A stretch of 64,000 nt of DNA from Myxococcales bacterium (GTDB lineage Bacteria > Myxococcota > Myxococcia > Myxococcales > 40CM-4-68-19), in the NCBI GenBank assembly GCA_020201435.1, contig JAIVGS010000189.1, positions 14,404-78,403 of the forward strand, written 5' to 3'. The notes below the pieces were generated by a model. That model did no database searches. It was given only the letters and a program-made list of their open reading frames with translations, and was not told the origin of the DNA. Positions 20,744 to 30,957 of this stretch are shown here, piece after piece; position 1 is the first letter of the stretch, and each line of letters begins with the position of its first letter. The position numbers and the translations under genes are program-made.

Positions 20744-21328
20744 GTGAAGCAAACGAGCTTCCCTTTTCCAAAGCCCAAGACCTGGGGCGGCAAGCGCAAA
20801 GGCGCGGGGCGGCCGCGGAAGCGATCACATCCGGGCCTGGTCGGCCCCGGAGTGCCGCACGCCAGGAGGCCCGAGCACAAAGCGCGGCACCCGGTGCATT
20901 TGACGTTGCGGGTGCGGCCGGGTGTCCGCTATTTGCGCGCGCAGCGTCAGGCGAGCTTGATCGTCAACGTCATCAACGCCGTGCAGTCGGACGACTTCCA
21001 GGTGGTCGACTACGTGATCCTCGGAAACCACCTGCACCTGATCGCCGAGGCGGAAGACGCAAAGGCCCTGTCACGGGGGATGCGGCGGTTGGAAATCAGA
21101 ATCGCGAAACGTCTGAATTCATTACAGAATCGTCGGGGGCCGGTGTTCGTCGACCGCTACCACGCGCATGCGCTCGAGACGCCGCGCGAAGTGGCGCATG
21201 CGACGCGCTACCTCCGTACGAATTATCGCAGGCACGCGCACGAGTACTTGCCGCCGCGGTGGCTCGATCCGCTCGCGACGCGCGTCGCGAAGCCGCGCAC
21301 GTGGCTGCTCGCGACCTCGCCGCCATGA
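20744..21328 (+). CDS. IS200-like / REP-associated tyrosine transposase (RAYT)-family protein
   Basis: 194 aa. 'HPVHLTLRVRPG...DYVILGNHLHLIAEAEDAKALSRGMRRLEIRIAKRLN...VFVDRYHAHAL...ATRYLRTNYRRH' (HuH 'HLH' plus C-terminal Tyr region). Confidence 0.75.
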   Translation: MKQTSFPFPKPKTWGGKRKGAGRPRKRSHPGLVGPGVPHARRPEHKARHPVHLTLRVRPGVRYLRAQRQASLIVNVINAVQSDDFQVVDYVILGNHLHLIAEAEDAKALSRGMRRLEIRIAKRLNSLQNRRGPVFVDRYHAHALETPREVAHATRYLRTNYRRHAHEYLPPRWLDPLATRVAKPRTWLLATSPP

Positions 21329-21329
21329 G

Positions 21330-21638
21330 TCACTTCTCGACGAACATCTTCAGCCGCTGCAGCGCTTCGTCCCACTGCTTCGACTTCAACTCGAGGAACG
21401 CCTGCGCCTGCCTCAGCCGTTCGGCGTCGAGCTCCCACACGTTCTCACGGCCCTGCCAGGTGTTGCGGACGAGGCCCGCGTCCTCGAGCACGCGGAGGTG
21501 CTTGGTGATCGCCTGGCGCGTCACCCGCGTGCCCCGGGTGAGCTTCGCGATCGAGAGCCGGCCGCGCTCGCCGAGCCGGTTCACGATCCGCAGCCGCGTC
21601 TCGTCCCCGAGCGCGGCGAAGACCCGTTCAGGACGCAA
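21330..21638 (-). CDS. ArsR/SmtB-family transcriptional regulator
   Basis: 102 aa. 'FAALGDETRLRIVNRLGERGRLSIAKLTRGTRVTRQAITKHLRVLEDAGLV' winged helix-turn-helix. Confidence 0.85.
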   Translation of the reverse strand: MRPERVFAALGDETRLRIVNRLGERGRLSIAKLTRGTRVTRQAITKHLRVLEDAGLVRNTWQGRENVWELDAERLRQAQAFLELKSKQWDEALQRLKMFVEK

Positions 21639-22116
21639 CGTACTTCCCGAGCAGCCGGATCTGCGCCGCCCAGCCGCCCTCGTTCATCTCGAACGCCTTG
21701 GCTCGGCGCGACGGCGGGAGCTTGTCGAAGCCCGTCTCGGTGACCGTCAGCTGCGTTCCGCCGGAGACTTCCTCGAGCGTGAAGACGACCAGCGTCATCG
21801 GCTCCCGCGAATAGTCGAAATCCGGCTCGATCGCGTACGGATGCCAGCGAAAGGAGAACAGCCTTTCCGGCTCGATCTGGTCGACCACGAAGTCGAAGGC
21901 GAACCCTTCGTACTGCTTCTGCATCTTCGCGACCTCGGGGTCGACGGTGGTCGGCGTCATCTTGCCGCGGATCTGCGCGCCGGGGCTGAAGGCGCCGTCG
22001 AGGCGGACGCCGAACCAGCTGCCGAATTCGCGCGCGTCGCTGATCGCTTTCCAGACCCGGCTGCGCGGCGCTTTGAGGAAGACCTTCTTCTCGATCCGGT
22101 CGGTGCTCGAGGGCAT
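21628..22116 (-). CDS. SRPBCC/AHSA1-family protein
   Basis: Carved from track ORF 21628..23598. ATG 22116 ('MPSSTDRIEKKVFLKAPRSRVWKAISDAREFGSWF'), 162 aa. Overlaps the arsR start by 11 nt. Confidence 0.8.
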   Translation of the reverse strand: MPSSTDRIEKKVFLKAPRSRVWKAISDAREFGSWFGVRLDGAFSPGAQIRGKMTPTTVDPEVAKMQKQYEGFAFDFVVDQIEPERLFSFRWHPYAIEPDFDYSREPMTLVVFTLEEVSGGTQLTVTETGFDKLPPSRRAKAFEMNEGGWAAQIRLLGKYVAS

Positions 22117-22138
22117 ATGCAACCTCCGGGTTGCATAT
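22115..22138. promoter_or_regulatory. operator palindrome 1 (putative ArsR-family site)
   Basis: ATATGCAACC-TCCG-GGTTGCATAT, perfect 10-bp arms. It overlaps the SD (GGAGG), a -10-like TATATG (minus strand, 22139-22134), and 2 nt of the ATG of the SRPBCC gene. Confidence 0.55.
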
Positions 22139-22156
22139 ATCAACGGCTGAAAAGAC

Positions 22157-22178
22157 ATGCAACCAAAAGGTTGCGCAT
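22157..22178. promoter_or_regulatory. operator palindrome 2 (putative ArsR-family site)
   Basis: ATGCAACC-AAAA-GGTTGCGCAT, core TGCAACC-N4-GGTTGC. Centred 40 bp from palindrome 1. It overlaps a -35-like TTGCAT (minus strand, 22162-22157). Confidence 0.5.
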
Positions 22179-23077
22179 TCAGATCTCCCGCAGATCGGCC
22201 GCGGCGGCGATGCTCGGGTGGATCGACCGGGCTTCCTCGGCGACCGTCTCGCCGATCACGCTCGGCGAGAAGTGCGTCAAGACCAGCGTCCCGGCGCGCG
22301 CGTCGGCGGCGATCCGCGCGGCTTCCACGCCGGTCGAGTGTCCGCGCTGGCGCGCCAGCTCGGCGCGGGCGTGCTCGTACGTCGCTTCGTGAACCAGCGC
22401 ATCGACGTCGCGGCCGAGCTCGACGGCCTGCGCGCAAGGCACGGTGTCGAGCACGTACGCCATCGACATGCCGCGCTTCGAAGGGCCGATCAGACCCCCC
22501 GGATCGACGACGCGCCCGTCCGCGAGGGTCACCGCGCGGCCGGCCTTGAGCTCGCCGAGCAGCGGCCCTTTCGGCACGCCGGCCGAGAGCGCGGCCTGCA
22601 CGTCGAGCGAGCCCGGCCGGTCGGGCAGCGCCACGCGATATCCGAAGGTCGCGACCCGATGCTCGAGCGGCCGGCTCTCGACGTGAAAGCCGTCGAGGGA
22701 GATCTGGCCGCCCGCGCCGCGCTGCTCGAAGACGCGCACTTCCATGTCGCCGGTGCCGAGCGAACCGGCGCGCGCGAGATGCTGCAACAGGTCGGCGATG
22801 CCGGCCGGCCCGGCGACGATCAGCGGCCGCTGGCGCCCTTCGAGGCCGAGCGTGCCGAGCAGCCCGGGCAATCCGTTGAAGTGGTCGCCGTGGAGGTGCG
22901 TGATCAGCACCGCGTCGAGGCGCGACAACGAAAGCCCGACCCGCTGCGCCGCGATCTGCGCGCCCTCTCCGCAGTCGCAGAGGACCCACGAGCCCTCGGC
23001 GGCGACCGCGAGCGCGGAAGCGCCGCGGGTCAGCGTCGGCCGACCCGCCGACGTTCCCAGCGGAATCAGGCGCAATT

Positions 23078-23081
<4 letters not shown>
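22179..23081 (-). CDS. rnz: ribonuclease Z / MBL-fold hydrolase
   Basis: Carved from the 1302-aa read-through ORF. GTG 23081 ('VKLRLIPLGTSAGRPT'), 'ITHLHGDHFNGLPGLL' motif. The start overlaps the treZ stop (GTGA). Confidence 0.8.
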
Positions 23082-24727
<1,646 letters not shown>

Positions 24728-24739
24728 TGCGGCAATCTA

Positions 24740-25192
24740 TCAACGGGCGGGCTGCGGTTCGAACTTGAACGGGTACGCGACGCGCAGCTTCCCGCCCGAC
24801 TGCGGCTTCTCGAACTCCCACTTCCGCACCGCGGTCACCACGCAGAGGATGAGCTCCTTGTCCGACATCCCGTCCGCGGTCGCGCCGATCACTTTCCCGT
24901 TCGGCCCGATGTCGAACCGCGCCACCAGCTTGCCCATCAGCGTCGGGCGCTCCTGCAGGCGCCGCGCGTAGCAGTCGCGGATCTCCGCGCTGTTGTCGCG
25001 GATGTAGTCGCCGATCGCCTTGCGCTCCTCGCCCTGCGGCACCGGCGGCGGCGCCTCGTCGCCCGGCTCCTCCGACTCGATGATCATCTGCGCCGTCTTC
25101 GGCTTGGCATTGTCGCCGCCCGCGCCCTGGGGCTTCCCGCCCGGCGGTTTCGGCGGATCGGCTGCGAGAGCCAGGAGGAGGAAGAAGATCAT
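24740..25192 (-). CDS. secreted AgmX/PglI-C-terminal (TonB-C-like) domain protein
   Basis: 150 aa. Pro/Gly-rich linker, then 'IRDCYARRLQERPTLMGKLVARFDIGPNGKVIGA...VRKWEFEKP'. Confidence 0.6.
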   Translation of the reverse strand: MIFFLLLALAADPPKPPGGKPQGAGGDNAKPKTAQMIIESEEPGDEAPPPVPQGEERKAIGDYIRDNSAEIRDCYARRLQERPTLMGKLVARFDIGPNGKVIGATADGMSDKELILCVVTAVRKWEFEKPQSGGKLRVAYPFKFEPQPAR

Positions 25193-25195
25193 CGT

Positions 25196-26272
25196 CTACT
25201 CGAAGGAGAGCGCACGCTCGAAATCGCTCGGGTTGGACGCCGCCGCCTTGGCGACGTCCAACGTCACCGCGCCCGCCTTGTAGAGCTCGGAGAGGTGCTG
25301 GTCGAAGCTCTGCGTGCCGTACACGTCGCGGTTCTTCGCCAGGTAGTCGGTGATCTCGTGCGTCCGCTCCGGGTCGGTGATGTACTCCTTGATGGCTTCG
25401 GTGGAGACCATGATCTCCGCGGCCACGACCCGTCCCTTGCCCTGGGCCTTGGGCAAAAGTCGCTGTGAAATCGTGCCCTTGAGGTTCTCGGCCAGCCGGT
25501 GTCGCAGGGGGCCCTGCGCGTCGGCGGGGAACGCGTCGCACAACCGGCCGATCGTCTTCGCCGCGTCGGTCGTGTGAACGGTCGAGAGCACCAGGTGACC
25601 GGTCTCGGACGCCTTCAGGGCGATGTCGATCGTCTCCGGGTCGCGCATCTCGCCGACCAGGATCACGTCCGGGTCCTGCCGCAACGCAGCGCGCAGCGCC
25701 TGCGCGAACGTTCCGGTATCCGGCCCGATCTCGCGCTGCGTCACCCGCGAGAGCTTGTCCTCGTGCAAAAACTCGATCGGGTCTTCGATGGTGAGGATAT
25801 GTGCGCGCGTCGTCTCGTTGATCTGCCGCACGATCGCGGCGAGGGTCGACGACTTCCCCGATCCGGTCACACCGGTCAGCAGCACCAGCCCGCGCTCGTA
25901 CTCGGCCATCGATTTCACGACCGGCGGCAGGCCGAGCGTCTCGACGGTCGGCACCTCGAACGGGATCGCGCGCAGGACCAGCGCCACGTTTCCCTTCTGC
26001 CGGAAGATGTTGACGCGAAACCGGCCCACGTCCTGGACGGCGTAGGAGGTGTCCCAGTCGCGCAGATCGTCGATCTCGCCCTTCCACCGCGCCGCGGCGA
26101 GGACGAATTGCGCGATCGCCAGCGTGTCCTCCGGCATCAGCGCCGGCACCTTGACGGGGAGGAGCGATCCCGAGATCCGCAGCGCCGGCGGGGCGCCCGA
26201 TTTGAGGTGGATGTCGGAAGCCCCGTTCTTCACCGCCGCCGCGAGGAGCTGGTTGAACGTTCGTTGTTCCAT
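25196..26272 (-). CDS. pilT: type IV pilus retraction ATPase PilT
   Basis: Carved from track ORF 25196..27811. ATG 26272 ('MEQRTFNQLL'), 358 aa. Walker A 'GVTGSGKSS', 'ILTIEDPIEF', 'ILVGEMRDPETI', 'GHLVLSTVHT'. Confidence 0.92.
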   Translation of the reverse strand: MEQRTFNQLLAAAVKNGASDIHLKSGAPPALRISGSLLPVKVPALMPEDTLAIAQFVLAAARWKGEIDDLRDWDTSYAVQDVGRFRVNIFRQKGNVALVLRAIPFEVPTVETLGLPPVVKSMAEYERGLVLLTGVTGSGKSSTLAAIVRQINETTRAHILTIEDPIEFLHEDKLSRVTQREIGPDTGTFAQALRAALRQDPDVILVGEMRDPETIDIALKASETGHLVLSTVHTTDAAKTIGRLCDAFPADAQGPLRHRLAENLKGTISQRLLPKAQGKGRVVAAEIMVSTEAIKEYITDPERTHEITDYLAKNRDVYGTQSFDQHLSELYKAGAVTLDVAKAAASNPSDFERALSFE

Positions 26273-26766
26273 TATCCCCCCGCCTTGGCGCGCGCTTCGG
26301 CGAGCTTGGCGTTCGCTTTCCGCAGGCGGTCGGAAAGGGCCCCGCAGAAGCACTTGTAGACCTTGATCGCCAGCTTGTCGTTCGAGGCGATCAGCTTCTC
26401 GAACTCGCGCCGGGGGATGACCAGCACCTCGAGCGGACCCTTGGTGACGACGTCGGCCGAGACCAGCTGGTCGTCGATCAGGCTCATTTCGCCGAACAGC
26501 TCGCCGGGAGCGAGCGTCGCCAGCTCCTTCTCGACGCCGGTGATCGGGTCCCGCCGCCGAACGATCGCCGCCCCCTCCTTGAGGATGTAGAGCGCCTGCC
26601 CCAGCGAATCCTGGTGGAGGACGACCGCGCCGTCGGGCTTCGACTCGATCCGGCAGATGCCTGAGAGCGCCATCGTCTCGCTGAAACCGAGCGTGCGGAA
26701 CAGCGGCACGCGCTGCAGGAGATCGACTCCCGGCGTCATCGGAAGGTCGAGGCTGATCTCGTCCAT
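26272..26766 (-). CDS. single-domain cyclic-nucleotide-binding protein
   Basis: 164 aa. 'HQDSLGQALYILKEGAA...GELFGEMSLIDDQLVSADV'. Its stop overlaps the pilT start by 1 nt (TAATG). Confidence 0.8.
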   Translation of the reverse strand: MDEISLDLPMTPGVDLLQRVPLFRTLGFSETMALSGICRIESKPDGAVVLHQDSLGQALYILKEGAAIVRRRDPITGVEKELATLAPGELFGEMSLIDDQLVSADVVTKGPLEVLVIPRREFEKLIASNDKLAIKVYKCFCGALSDRLRKANAKLAEARAKAGG

Positions 26767-26860
26767 GAGAGCTTGAGACTAGGTGGATCCGCCTCTCGGG
26801 GTCAACGAAACGGCCGCAAGGAATGCGTGGCCGGGCGCGGCGCGTTAACGTCTGAAGGAT

Positions 26861-28012
26861 ATGCGGCGCTGGCGCTTCTACATCGTGATCCTCGGCTTCA
26901 CGCTGCTGCCCCAATTGCTGGCGGCGGGGGACCTCGTCCGCTGGCTGGCGGACGAGGGTCAGCTCGCGCTCGGCCTCTCGGTTCCGGGGGTGCTGCTGCT
27001 GCTCAACCTGCCGATGATCGGCGAGGTCCTGCGCCGCAAGCAGAAGGCGCGGCTGCCGCGCGTCCTGGCGGCTGCGTTCCAGACGCCATGGACGGTCTGG
27101 TGGCTGGGTAGCCTTTTCTACGCGCTTCTCCTCCTCGTCTGGACAATTGTCCACCTCGGTCCGGCGCCGATGCCGGTGCCGGTCGCGCTCGCTCCGTACG
27201 CGCTCGCGCTCTACGGGTGCAGCTTCGGCGCGCACGTGCTGCGACGCGAGCGGGTGACGGTCCCGGTCGAGGGGCTGCCGCCCGGCTGGCGCGGCGCGCG
27301 CATCGTGCAGCTCTCCGACCTGCACTCGGGCCGCCACGTGACTGCCCAGAGGCTGCAGCGGATCGCGCGTCGGGCGGCCCGGCTCAAGCCGGACGTGCTG
27401 GTGATCACCGGCGACATCGTCCACAACTCGCCGGCGTTCGCGCGCCAGGCCGCGGAAGCGATCGCCGCCATTCCGACCAGGCACGGCGCTTTCGCCTGCC
27501 TCGGCAATCACGATTTCTGGGCCGGCGCCGACGCGGTCGAGCGCGAGCTGGAACGGGCCGGAATCCGTGTCCTTCGCAACCGCGGCGTTCTCCTCGACCG
27601 CCACGGCGACGGCCTCTGGCTCTGCGGGGTCGACGATCCGTGGAACGGCCGGTTCGATCTGCCGGCGGCGCTCAAAGGCCGTCCCGACGGCGCGGCCACG
27701 GTCCTGCTTTCGCACCAACCCAACACCTGGCGGCGCGCCCAGAAGCTGGGCGTCGAGCTGCAGCTCTCGGGTCACACCCACGGCGGCCAGGTCGCGATGC
27801 TCTGGCTGCACCGCAGCCTCTCGCTCGCGCGCCTCGTCACCCCGTTCGTGGCCGGCCTGTACCGGGCGGGAAAGAGCTTCCTCTACGTCAACCGCGGCGC
27901 CGGCGCCGTGATGCCGATGGTCCGCATCGGCGCGCGTCCGGAAGTGACCGAGCTGACCCTGGTCGATTCCACCGCGGAGGACGTCGCGATCCCTGCGGAA
28001 ACCGTCGCGTAA
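26861..28012 (+). CDS. membrane-anchored metallophosphoesterase (YaeI-like)
   Basis: 383 aa. N-terminal TM helices, then 'IVQLSDLHSG', 'ITGDIVHN', 'LGNHDFW', 'LSGHTHGGQ'. Confidence 0.85.
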   Translation: MRRWRFYIVILGFTLLPQLLAAGDLVRWLADEGQLALGLSVPGVLLLLNLPMIGEVLRRKQKARLPRVLAAAFQTPWTVWWLGSLFYALLLLVWTIVHLGPAPMPVPVALAPYALALYGCSFGAHVLRRERVTVPVEGLPPGWRGARIVQLSDLHSGRHVTAQRLQRIARRAARLKPDVLVITGDIVHNSPAFARQAAEAIAAIPTRHGAFACLGNHDFWAGADAVERELERAGIRVLRNRGVLLDRHGDGLWLCGVDDPWNGRFDLPAALKGRPDGAATVLLSHQPNTWRRAQKLGVELQLSGHTHGGQVAMLWLHRSLSLARLVTPFVAGLYRAGKSFLYVNRGAGAVMPMVRIGARPEVTELTLVDSTAEDVAIPAETVA

Positions 28013-28029
28013 GTTAGACTGCGCGCGGG

Positions 28030-29331
28030 ATGCGCGTCCACCTCTTCGACCTCACCGACGCTGCGTGGCGCGCGGACGAGATGCTCGTCGCGATGGAGCA
28101 GCCCGCTCGCGACGAGCTCGCTCGCGAGGCGCAAAGGCGCGCGTCGGCGCTCGGCCTCATGCGCGGCCCTGCGCCGATTCCCCTCGTACTTTCGCCATGT
28201 TCGCTGCCGCGCGAGGAGCTGGCCGCGCTCGGACGGGGAGCGCAGAAAATCACCAGCGCGCTGGTCGAGGTCGCGCGCGAGTTGATCGAGAAGCGGCCCG
28301 ACAAAGCGCGGCTCCTCTTTCATCACCTCTCGCCGCTCGAGACCGAAGCGCTCGCGACCCGATGGCGCGAGGCCGAAGATCTCCTGCACTCGCGCATCGA
28401 CTGGTTCGTCGACGCGCAGGGGAGCGTGAAAGCGCTGGAAGTCAACGCGACCATCCCGGCGATGCAGGTCTACTCCGACGCAGCCGTCCGCGGCTGGGTC
28501 CAGGCCGTGCGCCCGGGACGTGAACCCGCAGTCTCGTCGAATCCGAGCAACGCCGAGTGGCTCCTCGACGCGCTGCTGAAAGCCGCTCGCAACCGGGTCC
28601 AGCCGCTGAAAGTCCAGCTGCTCCATCGCGAGGGAGATCCGCAGGTCACCGAGCTGACCGCGCTGGCCGAGATGCTCACGGCCCGCGGCGTCGAGGCGCG
28701 CACGTGCACGCCCGCCGACGTCGCCCTCGACGGCGACCCGCACCGTGTCCTCTACCGGCATCTCTTCGCTCGCTACGTGGAGCCCAACAGCGCGCTGGGA
28801 CAGGCATTTCTCGACCCTGACAGGCACGGCATCTGGAACCGCGTCGACGGCTGGCTGGAGACGAAAGGGCTCTTCGCCGAGCTCTCGGCCCAAGCGAAGG
28901 AGTACGGCATCGACGATCTCGTGCCGTGGACGCGCCTGCTCGACGACATCGAGGACGCGGCGCTGAGGGACGGCGACGGGTTCGTCCTCAAGAAATCGCA
29001 CGATTACGGCGGAAAGAGCGTCGTCATCGGCCGCGAGGCCGGCCCCTCGGCCTTCCGCCAGGCGCTCGCCCGCGCGCGCACCGACGAGCCGGGCAGCTGG
29101 GTGGCGCAGGAGCTCATCGACGCCCCGGCGATCGACCGTTTCCTCTGCACCGCGACGGGCGCCCGCCGCGCGCCGATGCATCTCGACGTCAGCACGTATG
29201 CTTCGTCGATCCCCCGCGTCCCCGACGGCGGCAGCGTCGTCCGCGCCGCTCCCGGCCGCATCGTCAACATCGTCGGCGGCGGCGGAGTCGCGCCGCTATT
29301 TGCCGACGACGTCCTGCTTCAGCTGGTTTGA
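28030..29331 (+). CDS. ATP-grasp-like protein (glutathionylspermidine-synthase-like fold, weak call)
   Basis: 433 aa. 'VKALEVNATIPAM', 'FVLKKSHDYGGKSVVIG', 'WVAQELI', 'IVNIVGGGGVAP' resemble ATP-grasp blocks. No search was done. Confidence 0.45.
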   Translation: MRVHLFDLTDAAWRADEMLVAMEQPARDELAREAQRRASALGLMRGPAPIPLVLSPCSLPREELAALGRGAQKITSALVEVARELIEKRPDKARLLFHHLSPLETEALATRWREAEDLLHSRIDWFVDAQGSVKALEVNATIPAMQVYSDAAVRGWVQAVRPGREPAVSSNPSNAEWLLDALLKAARNRVQPLKVQLLHREGDPQVTELTALAEMLTARGVEARTCTPADVALDGDPHRVLYRHLFARYVEPNSALGQAFLDPDRHGIWNRVDGWLETKGLFAELSAQAKEYGIDDLVPWTRLLDDIEDAALRDGDGFVLKKSHDYGGKSVVIGREAGPSAFRQALARARTDEPGSWVAQELIDAPAIDRFLCTATGARRAPMHLDVSTYASSIPRVPDGGSVVRAAPGRIVNIVGGGGVAPLFADDVLLQLV

Positions 29332-29586
29332 CCGCCGCTCGGCGATCTCCTCGAGAAAGCTGACCGCGAGCGCATGGCGCAACAAATCGATGCACGGATA
29401 ATGCGGGGCGTGACAATACTGCTCGTGGAACCGGCACAGCTGGCCGTGGCGATCGCGGCAGAACGCGTCGTAGCCGCCCTCGTCGCAGGGATCGTCGATG
29501 AAGGAGGCGACTTTCGCGGTGCGCTCGGCCGTGAGCAGAGGCTCGTCGTCGTCGTTTGCTGCGTGACCGAGCATCTTTTCGGGCAT
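29296..29586 (-). CDS. small Cys/His-rich hypothetical protein
   Basis: Start re-set to ATG 29586 ('MPEKMLGH'), 96 aa. 'CDEGGYDAFCRDRHGQLCRFHEQYCHAPHYPC'. The 3' end overlaps the convergent ATP-grasp-like gene by 36 nt. Confidence 0.5.
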   Translation of the reverse strand: MPEKMLGHAANDDDEPLLTAERTAKVASFIDDPCDEGGYDAFCRDRHGQLCRFHEQYCHAPHYPCIDLLRHALAVSFLEEIAERRSNQLKQDVVGK

Positions 29587-29620
29587 CCGAGCCTCCAAAC
29601 GACCGTGGGAGTGTAACAGG

Positions 29621-30616
29621 ATGAGTCCGCAGGTCACGTTCAAGAGCAGCGAAGAGAAGACGCCGGAAGCGGCCGGCGGTCAGGCTGCGCCGCGGTTGTG
29701 CGATACGGTGGCTGCGCCGTATACCCCCAGCCATGGGAGGGCGCCCCGCGAGCTGCCACAGCGGCCGGTGGGTCTGCAGGACCTCGGGCCGGCTCCGGCG
29801 CTGCGCGTCACGGGGCCCGACCGCGAGAAGTGGCTGCAGGGGATGCAGAGCAACGATCTCTCGGCGGCGCCGTTTGGCGGTGCGGTCGCGGGCCTGTTCC
29901 TCGGCGGCAAGGGCCGCCTCGTCGCGCAGGGGCTTCTCTGGCGGCGGCCGGAAGAGGTGATCGTCACCAGCGAGCGAATCGACGTGCTGCGGCCGCACCT
30001 CGACAAGCTGCTGATCATGGAAGACTGCGAGCTTTCCGAGCTCGACGGCTTGCGCCGGCTGCGCTGGTGGCCCTCGTCGACGCCGCCGCGCGCGCCGGAA
30101 CCGGTCACCGGAAGCTGGCAGCCGCTCGGGTTCGAGATGCTGCTGCCGGAAGCCGAGGCTCAGCAGCTTCTCGAGGCGCTGCGCGAGCGGCCGCGGCCGG
30201 ATCAGATGGAAGCGTGGCGGATCGCGACGGGCGTTCCTGCCTGGGGCGCGGAGCTGACCGAAGAGACGACGCCGATCGAAGCCGGCCTCGACCCGCTGCT
30301 CTCGTTTTCCAAGGGGTGCTACGTCGGCCAGGAAGTGGTCGCGATGGCCACGTATCGTGGCCGGGTGGCGTGGAACCTCGTCCGCCTCGAGGTCGACGGC
30401 GAGGCGCCGAAAAGCGGCGCGCTCATCGACCCTGCCCGCGGCGCTCGCGGAAAAGTGACCTCCTCGACGCAGATCGGCGCGAGCGGCGTCTTTCTCGGCT
30501 GGGTCCACAAGGAGCTGATCGTGCCCGGCTCGCGGGTCGAGCTGGAAGACGGCCGCGAGGCGACCGTCCTCGGCCTCCCCTACGGCTCGCTTCCGGGCGC
30601 AGGAGTGTGCGCGTGA
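29621..30616 (+). CDS. ygfZ: YgfZ/GcvT-type folate-binding protein
   Basis: 331 aa. Signature 'SFSKGCYVGQEVVAMATYRG'. Confidence 0.8.
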   Translation: MSPQVTFKSSEEKTPEAAGGQAAPRLCDTVAAPYTPSHGRAPRELPQRPVGLQDLGPAPALRVTGPDREKWLQGMQSNDLSAAPFGGAVAGLFLGGKGRLVAQGLLWRRPEEVIVTSERIDVLRPHLDKLLIMEDCELSELDGLRRLRWWPSSTPPRAPEPVTGSWQPLGFEMLLPEAEAQQLLEALRERPRPDQMEAWRIATGVPAWGAELTEETTPIEAGLDPLLSFSKGCYVGQEVVAMATYRGRVAWNLVRLEVDGEAPKSGALIDPARGARGKVTSSTQIGASGVFLGWVHKELIVPGSRVELEDGREATVLGLPYGSLPGAGVCA

Positions 30617-30957
30617 AAATCCTCGCCGCGATCCACGACCTGATGTTCTCGTCGAAAGTGAACGCCGCCGCGCGCGGCAAGTCGATCGAGTGGCTCAAGC
30701 GCGGCACCAAAGTGACCGAGCAGGTGCGGGCGTCGAAGCCCGACGTGCTGCTCATCGATCTGGCTGCGCCGCAGCTCGACGCGGTCAACGCGATCCGCGA
30801 GATCAAGAGCGGCGAGAACAAGTCCGTCACCGTGATCGGGTACGTCGATCACACGCGGGAAGACGTGATCGAGGCCGCCCGCGCCGCGGGGTGCGATCAG
30901 GTCCTGTCCAAGGGCGAGTTCGCGCGCCGGTTGCCCGAGCTTCTCGAAGGCATCTAG
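30613..30957 (+). CDS. receiver-like (possibly pseudo-receiver) single-domain protein
   Basis: GTG 30613 overlaps the ygfZ stop (GTGA), 114 aa. 'DVLLIDLAAPQLDAVNAIREIK...VIGYVDH' is CheY-like, but the N-terminal acidic pair is absent. Confidence 0.55.
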   Translation: MKILAAIHDLMFSSKVNAAARGKSIEWLKRGTKVTEQVRASKPDVLLIDLAAPQLDAVNAIREIKSGENKSVTVIGYVDHTREDVIEAARAAGCDQVLSKGEFARRLPELLEGI

